DNA from: Clostridia bacterium
GTDB lineage: Bacteria; Bacillota; Clostridia; Oscillospirales; CAG-272
Length of the DNA: 64,000 bases
Reading direction: 5' to 3'
Assembly: GCA_900769475.1 (NCBI GenBank)
Contig: CAAGGQ010000230.1
Span: 519 to 64,518 of the forward strand
The notes under the pieces were generated by a model, which saw only the letters and a list, made by a program, of their open reading frames with translations, was not told where the DNA came from and did not search any database. Positions 16,540 to 26,960 of this stretch are shown in pieces. The stretch's first letter is position 1. Every line of letters starts with the position of its first letter. The position numbers and the translations under genes are program-made.

Positions 16540-17334
16540 ATGGAAACCTATATTGACCGTATCAAGTTGTTAAAAAGCCAAAAGAAGATCACCAACGAGC
16601 AGCTCTCTGCCATGACCGGGATCCCCTTGGGAACCCTGAGCAAGCTTCTGGCGGGAATGAGTGATTCTCCCAAGCTTTCCAATATTATAGCCATCTGCGG
16701 TGCGCTGGATTGCTCCGTGGAATATATCGTGAGCGGCACCCCTGAGAACACCCACAACTATACCCTGAGTGCCGGAGAGATCCGTGTGATCGAGCAGTAC
16801 CGCAGGCTGGACGCCTGGGGACGGGATCTGGTAGAAACCGTTCTTGCCAAGGCCGAGGAACACACTGCTCCTGTGGTGGCAGAGCCGGAGGAAAAGTCCG
16901 CACGGATCCTTCAGCCCATTCGCCTTGGAAACCGCTACGCCGAGGAGCAACGCGTTCGCTCCGGCAAGCGTAGCATCCGCTTGTTTGAACTTCCCGTGTC
17001 TGCCGGTGTTGGGGTGTACCTGGATGAGGAGCGGGCCGAGAGCATCAGTATTCCCAATAGCGATAAGACCGCCGAGGCCGACTACGCCCTGCGTATCAGC
17101 GGCAACAGTATGGAGCCCAAGTATCACAACGGCGACATTCTCCTGGTACAGCATGCCGACGGTGTGGAGGTCGGGGAGCTTGGCATCTTCCTGCTGGATG
17201 GCTGTGGCTTCTTCAAGGTCTACGGTGGCGACCGTCTCCTTTCCCTAAATCCCGAGTATGCTCCTATTTTGCTAAAGGATTTTGACGATATCCAATGCAA
17301 GGGCCGAGTGATCGGTCGCTTGAAGCGGAAGTAA
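16540..17334 (+). CDS. LexA/CI-like repressor: XRE HTH plus S24 self-cleaving peptidase domain
   Basis: HTH LSAMTGIPLGTLSKLLAG, candidate cleavage region PVSAGVG, Ser motif ISGNSMEP and Lys motif KGRVIG. Confidence 0.85.
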   Translation: METYIDRIKLLKSQKKITNEQLSAMTGIPLGTLSKLLAGMSDSPKLSNIIAICGALDCSVEYIVSGTPENTHNYTLSAGEIRVIEQYRRLDAWGRDLVETVLAKAEEHTAPVVAEPEEKSARILQPIRLGNRYAEEQRVRSGKRSIRLFELPVSAGVGVYLDEERAESISIPNSDKTAEADYALRISGNSMEPKYHNGDILLVQHADGVEVGELGIFLLDGCGFFKVYGGDRLLSLNPEYAPILLKDFDDIQCKGRVIGRLKRK

Positions 17335-17348
17335 TCCAAGGAGCACTT

Positions 17349-18158
17349 ATGCACCAGAATCACAGACGAAGAATGAAAGATCGGTATTTGAGAGATGGGT
17401 TTGATTCGTTTGCTACACACGAGCTTTTGGAAATGTTGCTTTACTATTCCAAGGCACGGGTGGATACCAACGAATGTGCTCATCTGCTGTTGGAGCGCTT
17501 TGGATCCTTGAAGGATGTGCTCGAGGCCGATCTGGAGGCGCTGGAGGAGGTTCCTGGTATTGGAGAGCACTCGGCCATTATGATCAAGCTCTGCCTGGAG
17601 CTGATCAAACGATATTCCAAGGACCAGTCCACGCCGGTCACCCGCTATACCTCCCTGAGCCAGATCTTGCACTATCTGTTTCAGCTGTACATCGGTGTTA
17701 CCCGGGAGCGGCTGTACATGATGTTGTTCAACAACCGCATGAATCTTCTGGATTGCGTGCTGGTATCCGAGGGAACGGTCAATAGCACCAGTCTCCCTTT
17801 AGCCAAGATCAACGATATCATCGTAAAAAAGAAGGCGGCCGCCGTAGTGCTGGCGCACAACCATCCCAACGGGTTGGCGGTGCCGTCCCCCAACGATTAC
17901 GAGCTAACCGACTCCTTACAGGTTTACCTGGAATCCATTGAGATCGCGTTTGTGGAGCATCTGCTCATTGCCGACAATCGCTTCTACCCCATTTTAAAGC
18001 ATCGGTCGGGAATGTTCCGCTCCTCTCCTTACGGTAAAAATTTGGGAAGCGACTTTTACAAGCTGTTTTACGATCTGGATGAAAGCCAATTTACCTTTCC
18101 GCCCATCTATCCCGAGGATTCCGCTCCCGCGATGGATCCCACCGAGAAAATCGAATAA
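17349..18158 (+). CDS. radC: RadC-family JAB/MPN domain protein
   Basis: HhH region LLERFGSLKDVLEADLEALEEVPGIG and JAMM motif HNHPNG...PSPND. AAGGAG lies before the ATG at 17349. Confidence 0.85.
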   Translation: MHQNHRRRMKDRYLRDGFDSFATHELLEMLLYYSKARVDTNECAHLLLERFGSLKDVLEADLEALEEVPGIGEHSAIMIKLCLELIKRYSKDQSTPVTRYTSLSQILHYLFQLYIGVTRERLYMMLFNNRMNLLDCVLVSEGTVNSTSLPLAKINDIIVKKKAAAVVLAHNHPNGLAVPSPNDYELTDSLQVYLESIEIAFVEHLLIADNRFYPILKHRSGMFRSSPYGKNLGSDFYKLFYDLDESQFTFPPIYPEDSAPAMDPTEKIE

Positions 18159-18162
18159 GAGG

Positions 18163-18199
18163 ACCGACCTGTACCCATGGGATGCAGGTCGGTTTTGTT
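18163..18199 (+). terminator. Intrinsic terminator after radC (convergent with eno)
   Basis: Stem accgacctg/caggtcggt, followed by tttgtt. Confidence 0.55.
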
Positions 18200-18223
18200 G
18201 CTATTTGATGATAGAAAAGGGGG

Positions 18224-19594
<1,371 letters not shown>

Positions 19595-19694
19595 CTATTC
19601 GAATCGGACGGGCTTTTCTCAAAAGGCCTTGCGCGTTTTGTCACTTCCTTGGGAGATTTGTCATATTCTGACAGTAGAAGGGAGGTGGAAGCCC

Positions 19695-19943
19695 ATGAAG
19701 GAAAAAAGGGCGCAAGGGCAATGTATGGCATCCCTTGGCTCCGTGACCCAGGCCATGCAAGCTCGCGCAGCACTGGCGGGAGCGGCCATCCGCGCTGAGA
19801 TAGTGGAAACCGATGGCAATCGGGCCAAGCGTGGGTGCGCCTATGCGGTAGCGTTTCCCTGTGATGTACGGGAGAATGTGCGGCGCGTTTTGAAGAGCGC
19901 GGGGATCCGCGTACGGGAATATTATGAGGGAGAAGGACAATGA
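19695..19943 (+). CDS. Small DUF3343-like protein (putative S/Se carrier-type)
   Basis: 82 aa. The pattern SVTQAMQA....AGI...IVETD....RGCAYAVAF resembles DUF3343. GGAGGTGGA RBS. ATGA overlap with the downstream desulfurase-like gene. Confidence 0.55.
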   Translation: MKEKRAQGQCMASLGSVTQAMQARAALAGAAIRAEIVETDGNRAKRGCAYAVAFPCDVRENVRRVLKSAGIRVREYYEGEGQ

Positions 19944-21085
19944 TCTATTTGGATAACGCCGCAACTAGCTTTCCCAAGCCCCCGCGGGTGTGGGAGGAGA
20001 TGCAGCGCTGTATGCGGCAATATTGTGGAAATCCCGGGCGAGGCTCCCATGCACTGTCCTTGGCGGCGGCCGAAGCGATATACGCCTGCCGCGAGGAAGC
20101 TGCCGCCTTCTTTGGCGCGCCGAGTCCTGCTAACGTGATCTTTACGGCCAACACCACCATGGCCTTGAACATGGCCATCAAGGGCCTGCTTCGCCCCGGG
20201 GATCACGTTCTGCTCTCGGATATGGAGCACAACGCCGTGTACCGCCCCGTGCAAAAGCTGACCTCCGAAGGAAAGATCACCTTTGACGTGTTTCCCAGCC
20301 TTGTGACTCAACCCAATGCCACGGCGGCCGATCTTTGCCTTGGTATTGCTCGCTTGTTGCGTACCAATACCCGTATGCTGATCTGTTCCCACGCCTCCAA
20401 TATTTGCTCTTGGAAGGCCCCCTTACGAGAACTGGGCGCCTTTTGTCGGCGTCACGGGATCTTGTTCGTTGTGGATGCAGCCCAATCGGCAGGACACGAG
20501 GCCATCGATCTGGGACGGATGGGGATCAATGCTCTCTGCGTTCCCGGTCATAAGGGCTTGCTCGGTCCCCAGGGGAGCGGTATGCTGATCCTGGGGGAGG
20601 GGGTTATTGCCGATACACTGCTGGAAGGTGGGAGCGGTTACCGTTCTCTGGATCCCGAAATGCCTGGAGAATCCCCGGAGCGATACGAGGCGGGGACCCT
20701 GGCAACCCCTGCCATCGTTGGACTTTGCGAGGGACTTCGGGAGGTGAAAAACATGGGTGTTGGGGCCATTTCCGGCCATCTCAAGGCCTTGAATCGAAGG
20801 CTTTGTTCCCATTTAAAAACGCTTCCCAAGGTCACGCTTTACGCGCCTCATCACATGGGCGCGGTGGTGCTGTTCAACTTGGAGGGGACAACCGCGGAGC
20901 AGGTTGGCGCCCATCTCAACGCGCGAGGGTTTTGCGTGCGCGCCGGGTATCATTGTTCGGCGTTGGGACATACCACTCTGGGGACGCCCGTGGGGGGCGC
21001 CGTGCGGGTCAGCCCCGGAATCTACAACACCGCTTCCGAGATGGACGCTTTTGCCGAGGCGCTGGAGGAGATGCTCCAATCCTGA
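19940..21085 (+). CDS. Class V aminotransferase-fold PLP enzyme (cysteine desulfurase / selenocysteine lyase-like)
   Basis: IYLDNAATSFP, the PLP-Lys context PGHKGLLGPQG, and the RAGYHCSA active-site Cys context of group II desulfurases. Confidence 0.8.
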   Translation: MIYLDNAATSFPKPPRVWEEMQRCMRQYCGNPGRGSHALSLAAAEAIYACREEAAAFFGAPSPANVIFTANTTMALNMAIKGLLRPGDHVLLSDMEHNAVYRPVQKLTSEGKITFDVFPSLVTQPNATAADLCLGIARLLRTNTRMLICSHASNICSWKAPLRELGAFCRRHGILFVVDAAQSAGHEAIDLGRMGINALCVPGHKGLLGPQGSGMLILGEGVIADTLLEGGSGYRSLDPEMPGESPERYEAGTLATPAIVGLCEGLREVKNMGVGAISGHLKALNRRLCSHLKTLPKVTLYAPHHMGAVVLFNLEGTTAEQVGAHLNARGFCVRAGYHCSALGHTTLGTPVGGAVRVSPGIYNTASEMDAFAEALEEMLQS

Positions 21086-21165
21086 CGGGGACTTTTTCTC
21101 CATTACCAAAAAGGCGGCGATTTTTCCAAAAAGTAGGTTTTTGAATCAACAACTTGTTTTCGGGG

Positions 21166-21194
21166 TTGCAAATCAGTACAAAACATGGTAAAAT
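21166..21194 (+). promoter_or_regulatory. SigA-type promoter
   Basis: TTGCAA, 17 nt, TGgTAAAAT. Confidence 0.5.
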
Positions 21195-21260
21195 AAAGGT
21201 GCCATGGAATGCATTGCCTGCTTTTTCATGGAAATGGATTAACAAACAAAGGAGCTTTTT

Positions 21261-22763
21261 ATGAGAAACAGACGTTATGTTTCCCGCATTACCTGCCTGC
21301 TTCTGTTCTGTTGCGTTTTGTTTGGAGCTCTGGTTGCCTGCGGAACCCAAAACGGAGCGGCTTCGGTGACCACCAACGCCGGAGAAAAGATGACAGAGGC
21401 CACCACCGTGGTCACCGAGGATCCTGCCTACGTGGAGGAGCTTCCCGAGCTGGACTTTACCGGCTATGAGCTGAAGATGCATATGCGCAACAGCGATTTC
21501 TTTATTTCCGACCAGTATATTGAATCCTTCGATACGGCCGTATCCTTTGTGGATCGGGCGGTGTTTGAGCGGAACGAAGCGGTATCCGAGCGCTTTGGCG
21601 GGATTTACTACACCATTGGACGCTCCGATAGCGATAACTACGATATTTCTCTCTACGCCACCATTCAGAGCGGTTCCTGCGATTGGGACGTGGTGATCAA
21701 TCACGGTCATTCCTTGAGCAAGTATGCTCAGGGATCTCTCATGACCGATCTTTACACGGTTCCCAACCTGGATCTTTCCAAGAAATATTGGGATCAGAAC
21801 ATGATCAACGATTTCAAGATCAACGGTAAGATGTTCTTCATTGGCGGCGACATCAGCTATCAACTTCTGGGACACACCGACTCCATGGTGTTCAACAAGG
21901 GCCTGTGCAATGACCTTGGCCTGGAGGAGCCCTACGGCGCGGTGTTGAGCGGGGATTGGACCTTTGAACTCTTTTCCCAGATGGTAAAGTGTGCCTCCGG
22001 TGATGAAAACGGCGACGGTAAGTTGGTGCTGGAGGACGGCGACATTATGGGTTACGTAACCGATAAGTACTGCGGTCCCATCAACGTGCTCTATTCCGGC
22101 GGCGGCCGCGTTTCCTCCAATGACGGAACCACCTTTGCTCTGACGCTGTACAACGACCGTCATATTACCATTTTTGATAAATTCTTTGAGTTCGTGGAGC
22201 AGGACAACTGCCAGATCTTTACCGACTGGAATTCCTCCTCGGAGCTGGTCAAGTTCCGTCGGCAGTACGCCGCGGGCAACGTGCTGTTCATGGATCTTCG
22301 CACCTATGAGATCTCCACCCTGATCCAGGAGGGCATGTTGGATTACGGCGTGATCCCGTGGCCCAAGTGGGACGATACCGTGGAGGGCTATCACTCCTGG
22401 GTGGATGCCGGTGCTAATCAGATCGGTATTCCCAAGGCACGTAGTGAAGAGCGGCTGGAATTCATTGGCGCTGTTCTGGAGGCGCTTTGCGCCGAGGGAC
22501 ATCGAACGGTGCTCCCCATGTACTACGAGCAGATCTTAAAGCTGAAGCTTGCTCAGGATCCGCAAAGCTATGAGGTCATGGACCTGATCAAGGCGGGACG
22601 GGTTTACGATATGGCGTCCTACTGGGGCTCTCCCGTGGGAATGCCCGGATATTATTTGGTTTCCTATTCCGGACACAACTTTACCACCTGGTGGCAATCC
22701 CAGCGCTCTCAGGCGGAATACCACGTAAAGACCCTCAACGAGCTGTTCAGTAAATGGAACTAA
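21261..22763 (+). CDS. Extracellular solute-binding lipoprotein (ABC family 1, sugar type)
   Basis: Lipobox LFGALVACGT. About 500 aa, with composition typical of carbohydrate-binding SBPs. No permease gene is adjacent. Confidence 0.7.
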   Translation: MRNRRYVSRITCLLLFCCVLFGALVACGTQNGAASVTTNAGEKMTEATTVVTEDPAYVEELPELDFTGYELKMHMRNSDFFISDQYIESFDTAVSFVDRAVFERNEAVSERFGGIYYTIGRSDSDNYDISLYATIQSGSCDWDVVINHGHSLSKYAQGSLMTDLYTVPNLDLSKKYWDQNMINDFKINGKMFFIGGDISYQLLGHTDSMVFNKGLCNDLGLEEPYGAVLSGDWTFELFSQMVKCASGDENGDGKLVLEDGDIMGYVTDKYCGPINVLYSGGGRVSSNDGTTFALTLYNDRHITIFDKFFEFVEQDNCQIFTDWNSSSELVKFRRQYAAGNVLFMDLRTYEISTLIQEGMLDYGVIPWPKWDDTVEGYHSWVDAGANQIGIPKARSEERLEFIGAVLEALCAEGHRTVLPMYYEQILKLKLAQDPQSYEVMDLIKAGRVYDMASYWGSPVGMPGYYLVSYSGHNFTTWWQSQRSQAEYHVKTLNELFSKWN

Positions 22764-22772
22764 GAATGAAAA

Positions 22773-22807
22773 AAGAGGCTTTCCCCATGCTCGGGGGAGG
22801 CCTCTTT
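22773..22807. terminator. Bidirectional hairpin terminator
   Basis: agaggctttcccc/ggggaggcctct stem with A-run and T-run flanks, between convergent genes. Confidence 0.55.
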
Positions 22808-22811
22808 TGGG

Positions 22812-23474
22812 TTATTGCAGGCTGGAAAGCCGATGGACCGCATTAGTAGCGCACAGGATCCTGCCGTGCTCCGTGAGATACAGCTTTAAAAACGCGGCGT
22901 TCTCCAAACTGCCGTATTCGGTAATAAATCCCAGCTCCTCGGGCAGGGAGAAGGGGGAGGGGCAGAGGAGAGCGAGTAGGAGATAGTACTGCTTTCTCTC
23001 ATCCCGAAAGGCTTGGCTTTCGCCGATGTAATCCAGATCGAACAGGCGGCGACACACCGCAAGCAGATCCTCCACCCGGTCAAAGCGATAGGCAAGATCC
23101 CGCCGGAAGGCGTGGATCCCCCGTTTGGAAAGTGCCCCGGACGGCGCCCTCAGATGCGCGGAGCGTCCCCGGGTCTCGGTGCGGGTATTGCTGTCCTCAG
23201 GGGCTTCGTCCTTGGCCGCCGCGGGAAGGGCGGGGAGATGAGTAATGAACATTTCGCATCCTCCCTCGCGAGAGGGAAAATACTGAATAGAAATATGGTT
23301 ATCGTCGGCATCAAAGTCGGTCTGCTTTTTTATTTCGGTCATCAGGTGGCGGAATGCGCGTCGCATTTTTTCGCTGTCATCCCCAATGCAATCGTTGGTC
23401 AACTCAAAATGACACATATCCGTTGGGGTCAGCATAATTTTAAGCTTGCTGCTGCTGATACGTATCAGTTCCAT
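22812..23474 (-). CDS. mecA: Adaptor protein MecA (ClpC adaptor)
   Basis: The N-terminus MELIRISSSKLKIMLTPTDM..FEL is typical of MecA. A low-complexity linker follows, then a C-terminal domain. Confidence 0.75.
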   Translation of the reverse strand: MELIRISSSKLKIMLTPTDMCHFELTNDCIGDDSEKMRRAFRHLMTEIKKQTDFDADDNHISIQYFPSREGGCEMFITHLPALPAAAKDEAPEDSNTRTETRGRSAHLRAPSGALSKRGIHAFRRDLAYRFDRVEDLLAVCRRLFDLDYIGESQAFRDERKQYYLLLALLCPSPFSLPEELGFITEYGSLENAAFLKLYLTEHGRILCATNAVHRLSSLQ

Positions 23475-23579
23475 GCAAAAAGGCAACTCCTTTCTTTTAT
23501 TAGACGGAAGCGATGTCCTCTTATTCTTATTATAGTCTTTTTTTCGAAAAATGGAACCCCCAAAAATATGGTAATTCCA

Positions 23580-23608
23580 TTGACAAGCCGAGGGATCTGA
23601 TGTATAAT
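23580..23608 (+). promoter_or_regulatory. Consensus SigA promoter of nnr
   Basis: TTGACA, 17 nt, TATAAT (perfect consensus). It places the TSS downstream of the track's 23513 start. Confidence 0.65.
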
Positions 23609-23632
23609 AACCCCAAAAGGGAGGTGACCGTA

Positions 23633-25144
23633 ATGCAACAAGTGGTGGATGTGAAGACCATGCGAGAAAGTGACACTATGACCATTCACGGCGGGATCCC
23701 CGGACGGGAGCTGATGTGCCGTGCCGGGAAGGAGATCCTTGAGAGTTACCCCTGGCAAGGGCCGGTGGCCATCGTTTGCGGTAGCGGAAACAACGGCGGG
23801 GACGGCTACGTGCTGGCCGATCTGCTGTGGGAGCAAAAGATCCCCGTGGTGGTCTTTCTTTTGTCGGATCGCTTTTCGGAGGATGGACGATTTTATTTTG
23901 AGACCTGCCGAGCCAAAGGCGTGGATGTGCGTCCTTGGACGCCCGAGGAGACCTTTGCCGACTTTTCCGAGATCGTGGATTGCATTTTGGGAACCGGCTT
24001 TGCGGGAGAGGTGCAGGGAAGGGTGGCCGACGTGATCCGTGCCATCAATCAAAGCGGCAAGACCGTGATCTCCGTGGATATCAATAGCGGTATGAACGGC
24101 GATAACGGCACTTCCTCGCTCTGTGTGCACTCGGATCTCACGGTTTCCCTCGGCTTTTATAAGACCGGCCATTTTTTGAACGATGCCAAGGACGTGATAG
24201 GGCGCGTGATCAACCGGGATATTGGCATCGATCTCTACGGCTCTGCCGCGTATCTGGTGGAGGCGGAGGATCTGGGGGCGGTGCTCCGGCCTCGCCGTCA
24301 AAATTCCCATAAGGGAGATTACGGCTACGTTTCGATTCTGGGGGGCTGTACCTCCTATGCGGGAGCGGTCAAGCTGGCCAACCTCAGCTGTGCCGCCCTG
24401 CGCGCGGGCTGCGGCGTGGCTCAGGTGATCCTTCCCATGTCCATCAAGGAGAGCGTTGCACCGCATTTGTTGGAGAGTACGATGGCCTGCTTGCCCGACG
24501 ATGGAGAAGGGCACATGACCTTCTCTCCGGCGGCGTTGAACGCGGCGCTTTCCAAGCAAAAGGCTTTGGCCATCGGTATGGGCTGGGGACGTTCTCCGGA
24601 ATATGCCAGGATCTTAGAGCACATTCTGCGCACGCAGGTCCTTTCTCTCGTCATCGATGCGGACGGCTTGAATATCTTGGCAGAGATGGATCCCTCTATA
24701 TTAAAATCTACCGCTTGCTCGGTGCTTTTAACGCCGCATCTCAAGGAGTTTGAGCGCTTGAGTGGTGTGCCTATGAAGGAGATTCAAACCGATCCCATCG
24801 GCCATGCGATGAATTATGCCAAGAAAACCGGCGTGGTGCTCCTGCTCAAGGGGCCTTGCACGGTGATTACCAACGGCGAGGAGGTACTCCTGGTCAACCG
24901 CGGTTGTGCCGGCATGGCTACCGCGGGGAGCGGAGACGTGCTCGCGGGAGTATTGGTCGGCCTTTTGGGAGCGGCTCCCGTATCCCCTTTGACGGCGGCC
25001 TGCGGTGCCTATGTTGCCGGTCTGGCCGGAGAATTGGCGCAGGCGGAGAGCAATCCCATCAGTATGCTTGCCTCGGATACCGTGGCCAAGATCCCTGCGG
25101 CGATTTCTACGATTTTAAATGCGATCCGAGAAAAACAGCCCTGA
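23633..25144 (+). CDS. nnr: Bifunctional NAD(P)H-hydrate repair enzyme (epimerase / ADP-dependent dehydratase)
   Basis: YjeF-N motif CGSGNNGGDGYV and the C-terminal carbohydrate-kinase part HKGDYG, GMGWG, GSGDVLAG. GGAGGTG RBS. Confidence 0.9.
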   Translation: MQQVVDVKTMRESDTMTIHGGIPGRELMCRAGKEILESYPWQGPVAIVCGSGNNGGDGYVLADLLWEQKIPVVVFLLSDRFSEDGRFYFETCRAKGVDVRPWTPEETFADFSEIVDCILGTGFAGEVQGRVADVIRAINQSGKTVISVDINSGMNGDNGTSSLCVHSDLTVSLGFYKTGHFLNDAKDVIGRVINRDIGIDLYGSAAYLVEAEDLGAVLRPRRQNSHKGDYGYVSILGGCTSYAGAVKLANLSCAALRAGCGVAQVILPMSIKESVAPHLLESTMACLPDDGEGHMTFSPAALNAALSKQKALAIGMGWGRSPEYARILEHILRTQVLSLVIDADGLNILAEMDPSILKSTACSVLLTPHLKEFERLSGVPMKEIQTDPIGHAMNYAKKTGVVLLLKGPCTVITNGEEVLLVNRGCAGMATAGSGDVLAGVLVGLLGAAPVSPLTAACGAYVAGLAGELAQAESNPISMLASDTVAKIPAAISTILNAIREKQP

Positions 25145-25234
25145 TTTTTCCTTGGATTTGCCGTTTTGGATTGACTTTTTTCGCCGTTTGTGCTACAATA
25201 GGAGCGTTGAGTTGATTGGAAAAGGAGCTTTTTT

Positions 25235-26038
25235 ATGATATTAACGATGCTGTTTTGGCTTGCCTCCGTGCTGACCACGGTGGGAGCGTATTGCGTGTGG
25301 TCGGAGCTTTCTCTTTGGTGGATCCTCCCGATCCAGCTGGGGGCCTTTGTGGCCTGGATCGCCTTCTACCTTTTGGTGCTGCTTGTCGCGTCGCTCTTTC
25401 TCTCGGTCAAGCAGCCGGTGGAGCGCCCCAAAAAGATCTGCCGTTACTTTATTGTATTTACCATGGATTGCCTGACCCGGCTCCTGCGGTGCCGCATCAT
25501 CCTGCGCGGTGCCGAGAAGCTCCCGGAAGGCCCCTGCGTATTGGTGAGCAATCACCGTTCTGCAATGGATCCCATCACCGCCCTGGTGGCTCTGAAGAAC
25601 CGTCCCTTGGTCTTTGTTGCCAAGGATTCCACCTTGAAGTTTCCTATTGTGGGCCCTTTCATTCATCATGCGGGCTTCCACGCCATTGACCGTGGCAACG
25701 GGATGCGGGCGCTCCGTACTCTCAAGCACGCCGCGGGGATCATGCAGAGCGAGGGCCTGGATATGGGGATCTATCCCGAGGGAACCCGAAGCCGCACGGG
25801 AAAGCTACTGGAATTCAAGACCGGTGCCTTCCTTTTGGCCAAGCGTGCGGGGGCGCCCATGGTGATCCTGTCCACCAAGGGGACCGAGTCGGTCCTGCAT
25901 CGCTTCCCCTGGCGTTCCACCCGCGTGGAGCTGACGGTGCTGGAGGTGCTTTCCCCCGAGGACATCAAGGAACGCTCCATGGAGGAGCTTTGTGATCATG
26001 TCCGCTCTGTCATTGCCAAGGACCTGGGCGAGGAATAA
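25235..26038 (+). CDS. plsC: 1-acyl-sn-glycerol-3-phosphate acyltransferase
   Basis: NHRSAMD (HX4D) and YPEGTRS motifs, with N-terminal TM helices. Confidence 0.85.
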   Translation: MILTMLFWLASVLTTVGAYCVWSELSLWWILPIQLGAFVAWIAFYLLVLLVASLFLSVKQPVERPKKICRYFIVFTMDCLTRLLRCRIILRGAEKLPEGPCVLVSNHRSAMDPITALVALKNRPLVFVAKDSTLKFPIVGPFIHHAGFHAIDRGNGMRALRTLKHAAGIMQSEGLDMGIYPEGTRSRTGKLLEFKTGAFLLAKRAGAPMVILSTKGTESVLHRFPWRSTRVELTVLEVLSPEDIKERSMEELCDHVRSVIAKDLGEE

Positions 26039-26044
26039 AAAAAC

Positions 26045-26077
26045 GAGTCGATCGTTGTTCGATCGACTCATTTTTTT
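26045..26077. terminator. Bidirectional hairpin terminator
   Basis: gagtcgatcg/cgatcgactc stem, T7 run downstream and A-run upstream. Confidence 0.65.
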
Positions 26078-26085
26078 GTTTGGTG

Positions 26086-26928
26086 TTATGCTTTTGTGTT
26101 TTCCAAATAGTCCGCCAGCAGAGCGTCTTGAAGCTGTTTTACGGTATAGGAGGCTTTTCCGCCCACGGTAACACCGTCCACCTCGATCACACGCATACAA
26201 AGTGCCGAGGCTGAGGTGATCAGAACCTCGTCGGCCTCCATCAGATCGGAGAGAGAATAGACCTTTTCCACCACGGGGATCTCCTGGGCTTTGCATTGCG
26301 CCATCAGATGAGCGCGGCCGGTGCCAGCAAGGATCAGCTCGTTGGCAGGATGGGTAAAGAGCGTTCCGTTTTTCAAGATCGAAATATTGGAGTGTGCACA
26401 TTCGGTCACGTTTCCATTGCGATGCAAAATGCATTCATCCACGCCGGCACGCACCGTGGCCTGGGTTGCCAGCACGTTGGGAAGCAGATTGAGGGATTTG
26501 ATGTTGCAATGATAAAACCGAGTGTCGGCAGCGGTGATACAGCGCAGAGGCACGTAAGTATCCTTGATCTGTCCGGGGCGGAGCATGATCCAAAGGTTGG
26601 ATGCATTCACTTCGGGGAAGGCGTGGGAGCGTATCCCCGTACCTCTGGTGAATTGAAAATAGACCCATTGATCGGGGGTATCCACTTTTTTGACCAGCTC
26701 CTGCAGGAGCGCACAGAGCTCGGCCTTGGTGATGCGGGGCGTGATCTCCAGGAGTGCCGCACTCTGAAAGATGCGGTCCACGTGCTCTTCCAGGGCGTAA
26801 ATGCGGTAGTTTCTGCAGTAGGTAACGTCATAAACGCCGTCGCCAAAATAGCAGGCGCGGTCCAGCATGGGAACCTGGATCTTCTCCAGCTCGTCAACGG
26901 TGCCGTTATAATATCCGAGGGTTTTCAT
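26086..26928 (-). CDS. dat: D-amino-acid (D-alanine) transaminase, class IV aminotransferase
   Basis: FGDGVYDV, FQFTRGTG, CNIKSLNLL, ILHRNGNVTECAHSN and THPANELILAGTGR closely parallel Bacillus Dat. Confidence 0.85.
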   Translation of the reverse strand: MKTLGYYNGTVDELEKIQVPMLDRACYFGDGVYDVTYCRNYRIYALEEHVDRIFQSAALLEITPRITKAELCALLQELVKKVDTPDQWVYFQFTRGTGIRSHAFPEVNASNLWIMLRPGQIKDTYVPLRCITAADTRFYHCNIKSLNLLPNVLATQATVRAGVDECILHRNGNVTECAHSNISILKNGTLFTHPANELILAGTGRAHLMAQCKAQEIPVVEKVYSLSDLMEADEVLITSASALCMRVIEVDGVTVGGKASYTVKQLQDALLADYLENTKA

Positions 26929-26960
26929 AGGTGAGAAAGCGGTCCTTTCTGTTCTTAATC

